Shown: piece by piece, positions 35,864 through 47,912 of the stretch
Numbering within the stretch: position 1 is the stretch's first letter
How the letters are laid out: each line of letters starts with the position of its first letter
Assembly: GCF_018977255.1 (NCBI RefSeq)
Contig: NW_024704743.1
Span: 70,620,001 to 70,684,000, forward strand
Source: Callorhinchus milii
Lineage: Eukaryota
Direction: 5' to 3'
DNA: 64,000 nucleotides
The notes under the pieces: model-generated
Told to the model about the DNA's origin: nothing
Seen by the model: the letters and a program-made list of their open reading frames with translations, nothing else
Databases searched by the model: none
Program-made: the position numbers and the translations under genes

Positions 35864-36234
35864 GGAGTCCTGTAGCTCAGTGGTTAGAGCACTTGCCTCA
35901 CAAGCGAGAGACCTGGTTTTGAATCCTGGCATGGCGAAATGTTGGGCAAGCTTCCTTACTCTATACGCCTCTGTTTACGTAGCAGTAAGTAGGAACCTGG
36001 TTGTTAGTCGATTGGCGGATCGCTTTTCTGTTGGTAATAATTCCTTCAAAGAAATAATAATAATAAATTGGTCACTTCAATTCACGACTGTTTGTGGGAT
36101 ACTGTTGTGTGCAATTATCTGCCGTGTTTCATCCACAAGTATACAGTCAATTCACTTTATAGGATATTCCATGAAGCACTTTAAGACGTCTTGAAGATGT
36201 GATAAGGCGCAATGTCAAATGCAAGGATTATTAT
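35864..36234 (+). mobile_element. Young tRNA-SINE, long variant, full length
   Basis: Head, internal block and tail are all present. Confidence 0.93.
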
Positions 36235-36319
36235 TAATATTATTTGCAAAACAAAGACATGAACTCCCTTGTAGACTCAGTGAATTTATTTAGTTTCCTG
36301 AGAAGGTTCATCAGTGTGG

Positions 36320-36550
36320 TTGCTGCAAGTGGTTTCATGCCCCATATTGATGGAAGGGCACTTGTGTGAACTTTGCTTAAGACAAGATCGGACTTGGCTT
36401 CGCTATTTTCTCAATACTCACTGTGAAAGTTCTTGGAGGAATAATAGCCGTGGGAGCAAGATACTGGAGAGTGCCCGGCATATGAAGAGCAATATCCCAA
36501 CAAGAAGAAACAGGAGTCAAGTGGCTTCAGGAGAGGAGAAAAATTGGCAC
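36320..36550 (+). mobile_element. AmnSINE2-like 3' portion
   Basis: GACAAGATCGGACTTGGCT...ACTCACTGTG...GATACTGGAGAG...GGAGTCAAGTGGCTTCAGGAGAGGAGAAAAATTGG. Confidence 0.5.
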
Positions 36551-37179
36551 GATATTAAAGAAAAAGCAAAATTATATAAATCATAGGTTCGGATAATCTT
36601 GTAAAGGCATAAAAGCACTGCTGGTAATTGTAAAGTAGTTTGAATATGCATCAGACTCGGTATTGCGGACAGCTGAAAGAACATCTAAGTTATTGTTAGA
36701 CTGTAAGCTAACCCATTATCTTCATTTTTATGAGAAATACTAGATGGCTGACTGACAAATGTATGTTTTAAAGACCACCACGTCTCGCCATTTCTACCAT
36801 TTTTTAAAAATCAAATACTCTAGTTGAGAATTATGATCAACTTTATGATTTTTTTCCCCAGAGCTAGGAAAGCTGAAAACATCAAGAGATGAGTTAGATT
36901 AGAGGAGATGCTGAGCCTGATGGTGCAGAGGAGCTGAACTAAACAGACACAGTTGATATGTCAAGATCATTGAAGCATTCTGGGTTAATGACTACATAAA
37001 CTAAATTATGAATGCCAATTCAGTTCCTTCATACTATTGGGCTCGGTGTCTTCAATCCCTGCCAGTGTTTACAGCAATGACATTTGTATGTACTGTCACA
37101 ACAAATATTGTTGTTAAAAAATATGGTGTAAAAACATAGCTAAAGATCTTAAGATTGGTCTTTTCAAAAACCAATTGCC

Positions 37180-37900
37180 ACCAGTGGTACTGTAGTGTGT
37201 TGTGTGCCATTCAACCAAGAGGGCCCTAACTTCAGACCCAGAAGGTTTGTGCTCATCTTGCCAATCTCAGCCAGGGTGACTGTAGGGATATTGCAATTGA
37301 CTTCAATGTCCCAAGGCTGCGGGGAAAGAAAAAAATAGTTAACACATCCGTAGATTGCTAACTATTAAGTTGTTAGCAGACACCAATAAAAAACAATACA
37401 AATTCACATTTATATAGAACTTCCCAAAGCACTTGACACTGCTGGCTGCACATCAGAGCTAGTATTATTAATACTAAGTATACAATAATCCTTGCATTTC
37501 ATGTATCAAATATCTCAAAGTGTTTCACATATAATTGCTGTCAAGTGTAGTGACTATGTATTTTTGTGCAAACACAGCAAATTTATTCACAGCAAAGGTG
37601 TCTTTTCAAATAGCTCAATGGGATTGTTCATCTGAAGAAGAAACGGAAACTTGGTTTAATGTCTCATTTGAAGGACAACACCTTGAAATACTCAACACAG
37701 CCCAGCACTAAACTAGATTCAGCCTAGACTATGTGGGACTTGAACCCACAACCTTCAGACCCAGATTGTCACCAATAGAGTCCAGCTGATATGAAGACAT
37801 CAAATAAAACAGTACCGATTTTGGTTGTGAATAGCTCTACAGTCAAGTTGCCCATTCATCAACACTACCTATCAAGGCTTACAGAAAAAGAATGGCCAAA
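37180..37900 (+). mobile_element. AmnSINE2-like copy interrupted by a minus-strand L2 tail and Deu-SINE (about 37385-37792)
   Basis: 5' part ATCTCAGCCAGGG...GCAATTGACTTCAATGTCCC...GGGGAAAG; 3' part AACACTACCTATCAAGGCTTACAGAAAAAGAATGGCCA. Confidence 0.45.
37482..37792 (-). mobile_element. Deu-SINE, internally deleted
   Basis: TAATCCTTGCATT...TTGGTTTAATGTCTCATTTGAAGGAC...GGGACTTGAACCCACAACCTTC (reverse B box). Confidence 0.8.
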
Positions 37901-38244
37901 CTCCCTCTCTCGCCCTATTTCCCTAATAGGTTTACCTTCCCAAATCTCATTGATAAGCTTGGCAGACTGATCAATCGTCATTTTGCGAACAACTCATTGA
38001 ACTCCAATGGCCTTTTCCAGACATATACATTTCTCTTCTCTTACGTGCCTATTACAAGTATTGTGGACTGACCTGCATGGCTCACATATTAGATCACCAA
38101 GCCCACTAAAGAGGCCTGCCTCAGCTGCACTCGAACTTCACCATTCATGTCACAAATAGTTCATAATAATAATGATAATAATAATCCATCTCAAAGTTAA
38201 CTTGTCCCCAGAACGAACTCACTTATCTTTACCCCTCCCTCAAA

Positions 38245-38390
38245 TAACAACAACAAATTGCATTTATATAATGCCTTTCATGTTGGGAGGATGCCCCAAG
38301 GTACTGGATAGTCAAGGGTTTGCAACTGAGCTGGGGTTTGGATTTGAGAGAGGTGGAGGCCAAGTGGGGGTGGGAGTGGGAAGATCACTG
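38245..38390 (-). mobile_element. L2 3' tail
   Basis: ACAACAACAAATTGCATTTATATAATGCCTTTCATGTTGGGAGGATG. Confidence 0.8.
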
Positions 38391-40799
38391 AATTTGTAGT
38401 AATAAAATACAAATAGATAAAAAGTACTGCCTCTAGATTTTTCACCCCCTTTAGTTGTTTGCTGTCACCAGACGAAGTTTAGCTTCAAGCAGCTGTTAAT
38501 GTGGTTGTAGAAAAGGATGTCCCAGTTACATTAAATATCTTTCTTGTGAATTTTGTGGCATCAGGTGTCAGGTGAGAGACGTCAGTGGAACATTTTTTTT
38601 CCATTTTGAGCCCCAAGTATCAATGCCAAAAATGGTCAAGACAGGTACAATATAGGCCGAATGGAGTACAGACCCAAATATACTCAATTATGATGTGTGT
38701 TACATCCATAGGCAAAACAAGTTGTTCTGTTCGATTTAACTGGAATTGTTTCAAGTGATATTTCTAATTATTTTCGCCACCCAGTTCCGCAGAGACTTGA
38801 ATTAATGATGTCCACCCTTATGAGTGTGTGAAGGCTGAGCTAGCAAACATATCCTTTTCAATGCAGTATACAAAATCCCCAAGTTTGGGCTTCGGAATAT
38901 TGTTGAAGTGAATACTGCTGGAAACATACGTTTAGGGTGGCATGTTTCCTTCATAGCAATTAATTGTCTATGAGTGTGGATGAAGCAACTAAAAGTAAAA
39001 AGAAATGACCCTGATACTATTACATTTGAATTTTGGTGTGTATGTTTCTAACTGCAATGGAAAGAACTACAAGTAAACTGGGAATAACACAAAACACCAT
39101 TTCATACCTTTCCACATCCCATCATTATGATAAGCACCCTGGAGAGTTTAATAACTCTCAGACTGTTAATTTTTGTTTTTTTAAATTCCAGGCATTGCTT
39201 CTCTCATGAGCGGTTGTCTAATGTACCCTGGGAAACAATGTGGTGAGACACAACAACCTTCAAATCTGAGCACCGGTCAGTAAGCGGGTTTTAAAATGGT
39301 TAATATAAGGATTTATTGACTAATTGTGAATGCCATTGTTGTCTGCTCTGTGGGTGTGTTAGAAAAGGTATTATTGCCTGCAGCACACAACACAGATGTT
39401 CATCCCTTGTGTGAAGCTCTTACTGTCAACACATACCACTTTGTGAGGCTTAGATATTCATCTTGGTAAACACCTTATTAGCAAGCCAATGCTCCATCAG
39501 AATTGGCTAACTAGACTTTTGCATGTCTGTTTTTTTTGAATGAAAAATGTTCTTACAGAAATTAAGTAAAATTTTACTTAACGATCTCTGAACCTTGCCT
39601 TTAACTCTTGGCTATCTCCTCCTTTTGGAAAAAGCCTTGTCTCCACATACACACTGAAATTTCAATGAAAAGAAAACAGTAAGAATCTCCTTCACCGGTG
39701 AAGAGAATCTTTCATTTGAATTTATCAGTAAACAATAAACATAATGAAATATGTGAGGTTTTTTTTAGTCACAAATACAACCCACGTTTGGAAGTACATC
39801 CGAGTAACTGTAATTACACGTGACACCAATTACTCCGTTACATTGTATTAAATTTTAATGGAAAATTCCACAAGAGAATTGAAGCCTAATTGCATCTTAA
39901 TTTGCATAATTTTGCATATTAATTACCTCTCAGTTGAATAATAAATTTCAGCACTTTTTTTAATTTATGCATAGACACAAAGGAAGTTAAAAATTTAGGA
40001 AAATTCAGGAAAGAATCGGGACCATATGGAAGCATATTTTGCTAATAGAGGTATTGTCAGATGTACAGTCTAGATGCTTATTTACATTTAAGCTTCAACT
40101 TTGAATATTTATCAACAACTGCTGTGAAATAAGGGAAGTTTTCACAATTACATATTTCTACTTAGCATCAAAAGAAACAAGCACATAGCTGGGCCATTTT
40201 AATTTCAACGGAGCACTATTGACAGAAGGGCCAGATTAACTTCTAGTTTTTTCTCTGCAAAATAGCAGTAATGTAATAACTGTGTAGCTGCACATGCATC
40301 TACACTTTACCCTACACAAGTTATCTGAGCCACAGTTTATTTGAGATGGGGACAGCCTACTTATTCATATCTAAGATACCTTTATTGTAATTTACCCCGT
40401 TATTTATTTCTGAAAGGCTATTTTAATAGCCCTTACTCTATTTATCTCTGTATTGTACTCTTTGTTGTTTTGCTTACCACCTCTCCTTTCACTTTATGAA
40501 AATGTCCATTTCACTTTTTTTCTCATCGCCTTCTTGTGTACCAAACGTAGTCTCAGATTATCATGGCTATTTTCTCCTGTATCGTTTTGTTCTTCATCCT
40601 AGTATTCCACCATCCTACACATTTGATTATGCTTTCCCCTCTACACCCTGCTCTGAATTTTCAAGCTTTCTTCTCCATCCCTGCACTATGCATTACTACT
40701 CTTAACACCATTCTCCCCTTTACTCCCCTTGTCACCGCTTTGTGTTCATTGCTTGTTTCTTCTACCTAATATATCATTTTGCTAAAATGGGACTTCACC

Positions 40800-41350
40800 A
40801 CCAAAAACAACAACAGTTTATGCTTATATTGCACCTTTCATATTGTAATAATAATCTTTATTATATGATATTGTGCTTTTCACATCAGGAAGACAGTTGA
40901 AACGCTTCACAGGATTTGCTGTGAAATGGAGTGACTATGTATTTGTAGGCAAACACAACTGCCCAAATTTCTAAATTTCTACTTTCCTGCACCAAACCAA
41001 TTTCCTCCACTACTAAAAAGAGGTCCAATTAAAAGTGATGCTGTGAAACAGATTTTCATATTAAGCTGTTTTTTTGGTGTGGTTGCAGTGCAACACATAT
41101 ATATATATGCATGTAGACTTAAACTTAAAATTATTTTCCATTCAAAAAATTGAGCACCGTATTGATATGTGCTGCATTCCACACAACTGGTCTGCACCTA
41201 ATATTAGACGATAATTTAATAATTATTTAATGTAATGCCTTTCACTTCAAAGTCTCAAAGTGCATCACAAGATATACTGTAAAGTGTGTAGTGATACTAT
41301 TTTGTAGGTGAATGCAGTTGCGTACAACAGCATCCCACAAACACTCATGA
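40800..41350 (-). mobile_element. Cluster of SINE/L2 tail fragments (about 40805-40965 and 41215-41345)
   Basis: Reverse-complement tails containing CGCTTCACAGG and TCTCAAAGTGCATCAC. Confidence 0.7.
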
Positions 41351-41749
41351 TGTTTTTATTTATATAATTCTTTATATATTCCTTATATTATTTGTAGAAT
41401 GACTTATTTTGGTTCAGGACCAGGTCCTATGTCTGATGACATTCGTCGATTTATTTTATGAAAAATTAGCATTCTCTATTGCTTATAAAGATGGACAGGA
41501 GTGAGTTACCACCTGAATGAATGAATCTTTTAACAAAATTCAGTGTAAGATAGCTAAAGCCATGCATTTATTGCAAAGGTACACCTGGCCTTATGCACAA
41601 GGTGAAACACACCTCAGCACCGGATGAATACAGCATAGTGTTTGTTCATGCATTATATTCAGTGTTCTTTGTTTCTCAAATAATGTTTGTCTTCAAGTCA
41701 CAGTGTGTGGCCTGCTCAAATACATCAGGCAGTTTGAAACTAATAATAT

Positions 41750-42112
41750 TAATAATAATCCTTGCATTTGATATAGTGCCTTTCATGCTGAGAGGGCATC
41801 TCAAAGCACTTCATAGGATTTTACTGTGAAGTGTAGTAACTGTGTATCTCAAATCAAACATGGCAACCAAATTGCCGACAGCAACATCCTACAAAGAGCC
41901 ATGAAACGAAAGATGATTTTTAGAAAATGTATCTGAGGGATTATTGGCCAAGATACCAGGAAAAAGTCCCTTCTCTTTTCAAGCAGTGCCATGAGATCTT
42001 TAATGTTTACCTGAACGGATAGACGGGACCTCGGTTTAACATCTCATCCGAAGGATGGCACCTCTAGAATTGCAACAGACCCCCAGCATTGCATTGGAGT
42101 GTCATCTTAGAC
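41750..42112 (-). mobile_element. Deu-SINE
   Basis: GTGCCATGAGATCTTTAATGTTTACCTGAAC...CCTCGGTTTAACATCTCATCCGAAGGATGGCACC. Confidence 0.88.
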
Positions 42113-42359
42113 AACCACTAAAATAAGAACATGCAACATTTCAGAGTAACAAAATTCCATTTTCAAAGTAAATTTCAATATGGCAACCGTATGTGAAGTG
42201 GAAGAATATTTAATTACTTTCTTCTAATATTCTTGAAAACAACCATCTTTGTTAATAGCATTCAATGGCATAAAACTAGGCTGAGTGAATGATCAGGCTT
42301 CCGAGCCCAAACATTCCAAGTTTGAATCAGGCCAATTCATTATTAATCTATAATACTGT

Positions 42360-42760
42360 AATAGTAATCCTTATATTTGATATAAAACCATTCATGGGAG
42401 GACATCTCAAAATGCTTCACAAGTTTGTGAAGAGAAACGACTGTGTACTTTGTAGACAAATGCAGCTGGCAGTTTGCACACCAGTGTCCCATAGACAGCC
42501 ATGAAGTGAATGACCAATTTTGTCTGGGGGGGTTGTTGACCAGGGAGAAACTTGCTTCTCCTTTCTGTTAGTGCCATAGGATTGTTAATTTCCACCTGAG
42601 CAGGCAGACAGGATCTCAGTTTATTTGTCTCATGTGAAGGATGGCATCTCTGACAATGCAGCGTTAACCCAGGACTGCACTGGAGTATCAGTCTGGGCTA
42701 TAAATCCTGATATGAAGCTGGTCAACCTTTTGCATCAGAGATGGTAGTGCTACCAACTGC
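42360..42760 (-). mobile_element. Deu-SINE, near full length
   Basis: Core plus the reverse tRNA head GTGCTACCAACTG. Confidence 0.85.
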
Positions 42761-43679
42761 CATTCATATCTTCCCTATTCCCAGCCAGGTTATTAGATGT
42801 AGCCTTCTAGAAGAAGCCTTGACATGGTGAGGTGGTTAGGAAGCAGGCAGGACTATCCCATACTAATGGTGCAAGATTTTTGTTTATTTGCTAATCATGG
42901 AGCAGATTAATATACTCAGACTGTCTGACTACTCTCCTGAAAGAGGAATTGTGTTGAAGCTAAGACTCAACATGACAAAATTTTCTATTCCTCTCATTTC
43001 CCTCCTCCTACATTTAGAGGACATGAAAATCCAAGCTTAAAGAAAAACTAACCATGGTCCTTGATCTATCCTTCTCCTATCACCATTTTTGATGCTGTTG
43101 TCCTCAGGTCTTAAAAAAAAGTGCATTACAGTGAGGAGCAAGGAATGTTAAGGAAGTGTTTTAAATTAAAAGCTCTTATGTTGAAACATCATTGGAGAAC
43201 ACTTCTTTGAAACACTCCAAGGTTATCCGGCTACTGATGCTTTTGATGCATAAAATGCTGACACTAAAAAAATACGGTCACAAGGAAACAGAAGCACCAT
43301 CTGTGTGCAGGTGAAGGACTTAGCAGTTCCATTAATTTTCATTTCTTAGCCAACTTGAGCTACTTTCTGTTATTGTTAAACAAAACCAGTACCAGAAATA
43401 ATTTAATAACCACTTTCAAGCTAGCCCAGCTAGGGTGTGTGTCAGATATGATTTTTTTTAAAAAACACAAAATCTTAGTCTTTGATAAAACTTAATGACA
43501 GGTGTGGGAAAGAGTAAACGTAACTGTCTGATTTCAGAGGCAGTGAGATTACAGATTCTAGTTCATACTTGCATAGAGCAGATTGGTTTAGGGAAAATCA
43601 GACCCATTATACTGGATTTAAATATAAAAGCATAAAAAGGAACCACTATACAATAATGATCTATTCCCATCTTTATACA

Positions 43680-43860
43680 GCCTTGCCTCAATCCCTCCAC
43701 CTTATCCCCTTTTCGTTCATCTTCAGATCAAACCTGAAGACTCCTCTTTGACCATGTCTATAGTCACCTCCCCCTTTTCCCTGGCTCAATATCAAACTGT
43801 GCCATTTTTCGGTGGTCTGAGATGCCACATCATGTGAATAATGTAAGTTGGTATACAAAT
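43680..43860 (+). mobile_element. Old L2 3' end
   Basis: CCTCAATCCCTCCACCTT...CTGAAGACTCCTCTTTGACCATG. Confidence 0.7.
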
Positions 43861-44131
43861 GATCAGCATAAAAGTACCAAATTGCTGTTGTGCTTATAAC
43901 TGATGTTAACACTACAGTTATTACTTTGTCTGAAAAGGAGAAATCGGGGTAAAGATTGCAGGATTTCAAGTGTACAAATTATAATCTATTCGCAGTGCTG
44001 AGTTCCCTGAGATGGATTGGAATTCTAATGGGATTCTTTGTTAAGGAACACAGTAAAGAAAAAAGAGCAAATTAGACCCCATTAATGCTACCATAGTTAG
44101 TTTGAAGACAGAACATCTGGAGAGCACCAGC

Positions 44132-44370
44132 AATACAGTCCATGGCAATATTCAAAAAGAGAAAGGAGTTTCTCCCAGTGTCATGGTCAACAATCCCCCA
44201 GATAAAAAATGGTTGTTCACTTCCTGTATATTATTGAGACATTGCTGTTCGCAAATTGTCTGTAACATTTTCCTAGATACAGTCACTACATATTACAGTA
44301 AATCCTGTGAAAGCTTTGAGACATTTCTATGATACGACAAGGCAGTATATCAAATGAAGGATTATTATTA
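44132..44370 (+). mobile_element. Deu-SINE 3' half
   Basis: CCATGGCAATATTCAAAAAGAGAAAGGAGTTTCTCCCAGTGTC...tail. Confidence 0.82.
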
Positions 44371-44702
44371 ATTGAGAGGCAAGGGGAGAATAGTGTAGTT
44401 AAAAATATGGACAACAGCATCATCTAGTGGTTGTGCCTTACCATGTGCTGTAATATTGTTTTATATGTATCAAGCTTAAATTCAGTCATTTATAATTCAT
44501 TTTAAACTACTTTGTCCCCAAATCCCTCTCCTTCTGTCTCTCTGGAGGAGGAACTCCACATAATTCTTTCAGTTAAATCAGATCCTGATCAATATTTCAA
44601 CTAAATATTCCTGCGTGGTTTTGAGCAGCTTTCTGTGTACTTCTACTGTGTAATTGTTCTATGTACTTGTCAGAAAATAAGCACAGCCTAAAGCCATATT
44701 TG

Positions 44703-45030
44703 AGCTTCTCCTGGTGTCTTGGACAACAATCCCTCAAATAAAATTTGAAATTGTCTGCTGCATTCGCCCACAAATACACAGTCACCTCAGTTCACACTAA
44801 TTCTTGTCCTCCCAAAATAAAAGGTGCTATACCAAATGCAAGGATTATTATTATTATGTATAATAATCTTTCACATCGACAGGACATCCCAAGTAGCTGA
44901 ACAGTCTAAGGTTTACACCCAAGCTAGGTGTGGGGACTGAGAGGTGGGGCGGGGTGAGGAGTAAGGAGGGTGTGGGTGAGATGGCCTAAAACACAGTCAA
45001 AGAAGGTCTTGAAGGATACGGGGGAAGGGA
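44703..45030. mobile_element. Deu-SINE 3' fragment (+, 44703-44857) tail-to-tail with an L2 tail (-, 44865-45030)
   Basis: CTCCTGGTGTCTTGGACAAC...CAAGGATTATT, then TTTCACATCGACAGGACATCCCAAG. Confidence 0.7.
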
Positions 45031-45214
45031 TGAGTACCATCATTTTCATGGCAGATAATGACACACCATGTTCGGTGTGACATCTTCCATAACATGGATG
45101 GAGTGGCAAGGTGAAATGCATCTCTGACAGCTTGTTTCAGTTTGGGGTAAAAGGATTTTGTGATCACCCTGCACATTCCTGTAGCTCCTCAAGAGCATCC
45201 AATCACAATACAGG

Positions 45215-45228
45215 GCGCCATCTAGAGG
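45215..45228 (-). promoter_or_regulatory. Candidate CTCF-binding site
   Basis: Minus strand CCTCTAGATGGCGC versus the core consensus CCACYAGRKGGCRC; motif match only. Confidence 0.4.
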
Positions 45229-46194
45229 GACAACTGAAAATTAGTGGAACTTGTCCCAGTTACCAGTCTGCTCATTGTACGTGGAGACTGGGGGTTTTGT
45301 ATCACTCTAGTGACCTTGAAGGAAATCAATTCCTGATGCAAAAACTCCTAATTAGTTACTTAATATTCAAATAAAGTTTTTCTTTATTTTCTTTTTTTAA
45401 AAATCAGCAACCTCATCAAAACATTTTTTAAATGAATTCATGCAAGTCCATTAACTTGAAATCCAGTTAATTACCAGCATCCCCAGCTGTCTCCTTAATA
45501 TCATTGTGGAGTGATGACAGTCAGTCTCTGCATTGCATGTTAGTGGGATCTAAGCAACTGCACAACACTGATCATGTGATAAGGTGCTAAGAGTTATATT
45601 TCGCAGCAAGGTATAGTGATGAGGAATACTTTGTGCATATGACATAGAAAGGGGGGAATCATTCGGCCCATTATATCTCAGCCACTGCTTCTGTTTTTCT
45701 AAATCACCCATATTTATTATAACCACTTTCTAGCTCTTCCCCCATATCCCTAAATATTCCTACTTTTCCCATGATGTTCGTTGTAAGGAAGAAATTCTCA
45801 ACTGCATTCAGTTGACTGAAATGCTAGTACTAGTAATATGTGCCGTCACATTCAGTTACATGTGGAAATAGAAATGTATAGGATTACAGTCAATTATTTG
45901 GGTCATCTCAAACTAGAACAAAATGAATAAAATTTAAAAAGTGATGAGGTGAAATTTGTGGCATTTCGTAATTCGTTTGATGCAAAGATGTAAGGAAAGA
46001 TTGCTACTTTTAGCCATCAGTGTAAAAAAAAACCTGATTATGGGTTAGTGTATCTTCAAGTTACAATTTAAATCCAACTCGTAAGGCCACCTTCCACCTT
46101 TAACCAGGTGTAAACCTGCCTCAATTGGTGACATTTTCACCACTGGGTCAATGAATTCAAGCCCTATGTTGAAATTTGAGCTGATAGGGTAGGG

Positions 46195-46358
46195 CAGGGC
46201 AGTCCAACACAACCAATTTCGTCCAGCACTCAAACCATTCCCAACTTCATTGTCCAACAAGCAAATACAGGCAACAGCACAGGCCCTGAGCCAACCATGA
46301 GATAGATTTCTCAAATCCAGCATCTGGCCCTCAACGCTCAAAAGGTTGGATCACCCTG
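46195..46358. mobile_element. hAT-type MITE
   Basis: TIRs CAGGGCAGTCCAAC and GTTGGATCACCCTG (11/14); flanking 8-mers GGGTAGGG and GTGTGGGG (6/8). Confidence 0.6.
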
Positions 46359-46394
46359 GTGTGGGGCATCACTGGAAGAGCCAAATACTCTTTG

Positions 46395-46640
46395 AAAGCT
46401 AGATTATTCAAGTGCCAACTTCTACATGAGATATTAAATTGAGGTCCTGTCTGGTTGTTCATCAGGTGGATGTTAAAGATCCCACAATCCTGTTTTAAAA
46501 CAGAAGGGAATTTCTCCCTGTGTTTTGGTCAATCTTTCTCTTGATAAAATCAGTCATTCACCCCATGTAGACATTTCCATGTACAAAGCAGCTTCTGTGT
46601 TTGGTTACAAAAAATAGTCCTACACTTAACAAGAATTGTT
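46395..46640 (+). mobile_element. Deu-SINE fragment
   Basis: CAGGTGGATGTTAAAGATCCCAC...GAAGGGAATTTCTCCC. Confidence 0.75.
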
Positions 46641-47231
46641 GAAAACACGTTTTGATGTCCAAAGCTCTGCAAAATTATTTTTTTAATTTTTTCAGCTTCT
46701 CACAACAGTGGACCTTATGCTTTGTGAAATGGCGGAAAACATGTTTCACTGGCAAAGAAGTCACTGTTGTCTATGTGGAGAAACAATGAGTTGAGCAATC
46801 ACGTAGCCTTTGTAGTGCAGTTCACACAGGACTCAGGCTATGATGTGGAACCCTCATGTGATCTATACTTTCAAGCATTTGAATGAAGTTTATGGTTTGC
46901 CTATGACTATTGGATTGTGATCACAGGCAGGAGCTTAGGAAAAAAACAAAAGGCTGAAAGCATTAAAGTGCTTGGCACACCCTTTCACTGGCATTTGTAC
47001 TTCAACAAGGATATTGACTTCACCTCCAATTTACATCACTGACTGTGCCTGCAAAAATAATCGCGTATTTATAAAATTGCCACTGCACATGAAGAGTGAT
47101 AATATTTTTTTGTGAAGGAAGATGGATGAATTAATTACTCCACCATCAAGAGCAAAATATTTTCTACATCAGGAATTTCCCCTTCCCCTCAATCACCCTC
47201 TAATATTCTTTCAGTTAGTGCTATAATTTGG

Positions 47232-47648
47232 TTGGACTATGCCAACACCCTGCTTGTGGGCCTTCCTAACTCTTCCCTCCATAAGCTTCAGATCATCTAG
47301 AAATCTGCAGCTCATGTCCTCTCCCACACTCGTCTCCATGACCCCATCACCCCCATCCTTGTACAGCTCCCCTGGTTCCCCATCCCTTAGAGGATAGAAT
47401 TCAAAATGCTCACCTTCAAGACCCTCCTTGGTCTTGCCCCCTCTTACCTCTCTGACCTGCTAACCTCTTATTAACCTGTCCGCTCCCTCCGCTCAGCAGG
47501 CTCCGGCTTGCTCCATGTCCCCCGTCCGGCTTGCCCCACTAACGGTGGTCAGGCCTTCAGCCTCTCTGCCCCCACTCTCTGGAATTCCATCCCACATTTC
47601 CTTCACCTAGGTCCCTCTCTTGCCTCCTTCAAGGCACGCCTCAAGACT
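47232..47648 (+). mobile_element. L2 fragment lacking the 3' UTR
   Basis: LDYANTLLVGLP...APTLWNSIPHFLHLGPSLASFKARLKT. Confidence 0.92.
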
Positions 47649-47912
47649 GTGCCCTCTGGTTTTACTATTCTGGACAAGTTGAAACAACCTGTCATGATCA
47701 ATAATGTCTCGCCCCATTAGAATCTTAAAGACAGCAATCATGTTGCCTCTCAATCTTCTCTTTTCTAGTGTGAACATGCCCAATTTATTTAGTCGCTGCT
47801 CATAGTCCAGTTCCTCCATTCCTTCAATCATTTTGGTTGCCCTCCTCTGTATCTTCTCGATTTCTCCAATATTCTTTTGTACTGCGGCGACTAGAACTGT
47901 ACACAGTACTTT
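47649..47912 (-). mobile_element. CR1 ORF2 C-terminal fragment
   Basis: MIEGMEELDYEQRLNKLGMFTLEKRRLRGNMIAVFKIL...KTRGHSL. Confidence 0.92.

Noticed and set aside
35664..36194. Longest ORF (176 aa) as a host gene
   Set aside because: It starts at TTG and runs through a fold-back repeat and a SINE, with no recognisable domain.
46690..47060. Possible Ulp1-protease/PHD-like transposon remnant
   Set aside because: The resemblance needs several frameshifts and the key Cys residues are missing; unsupported without BLASTX.
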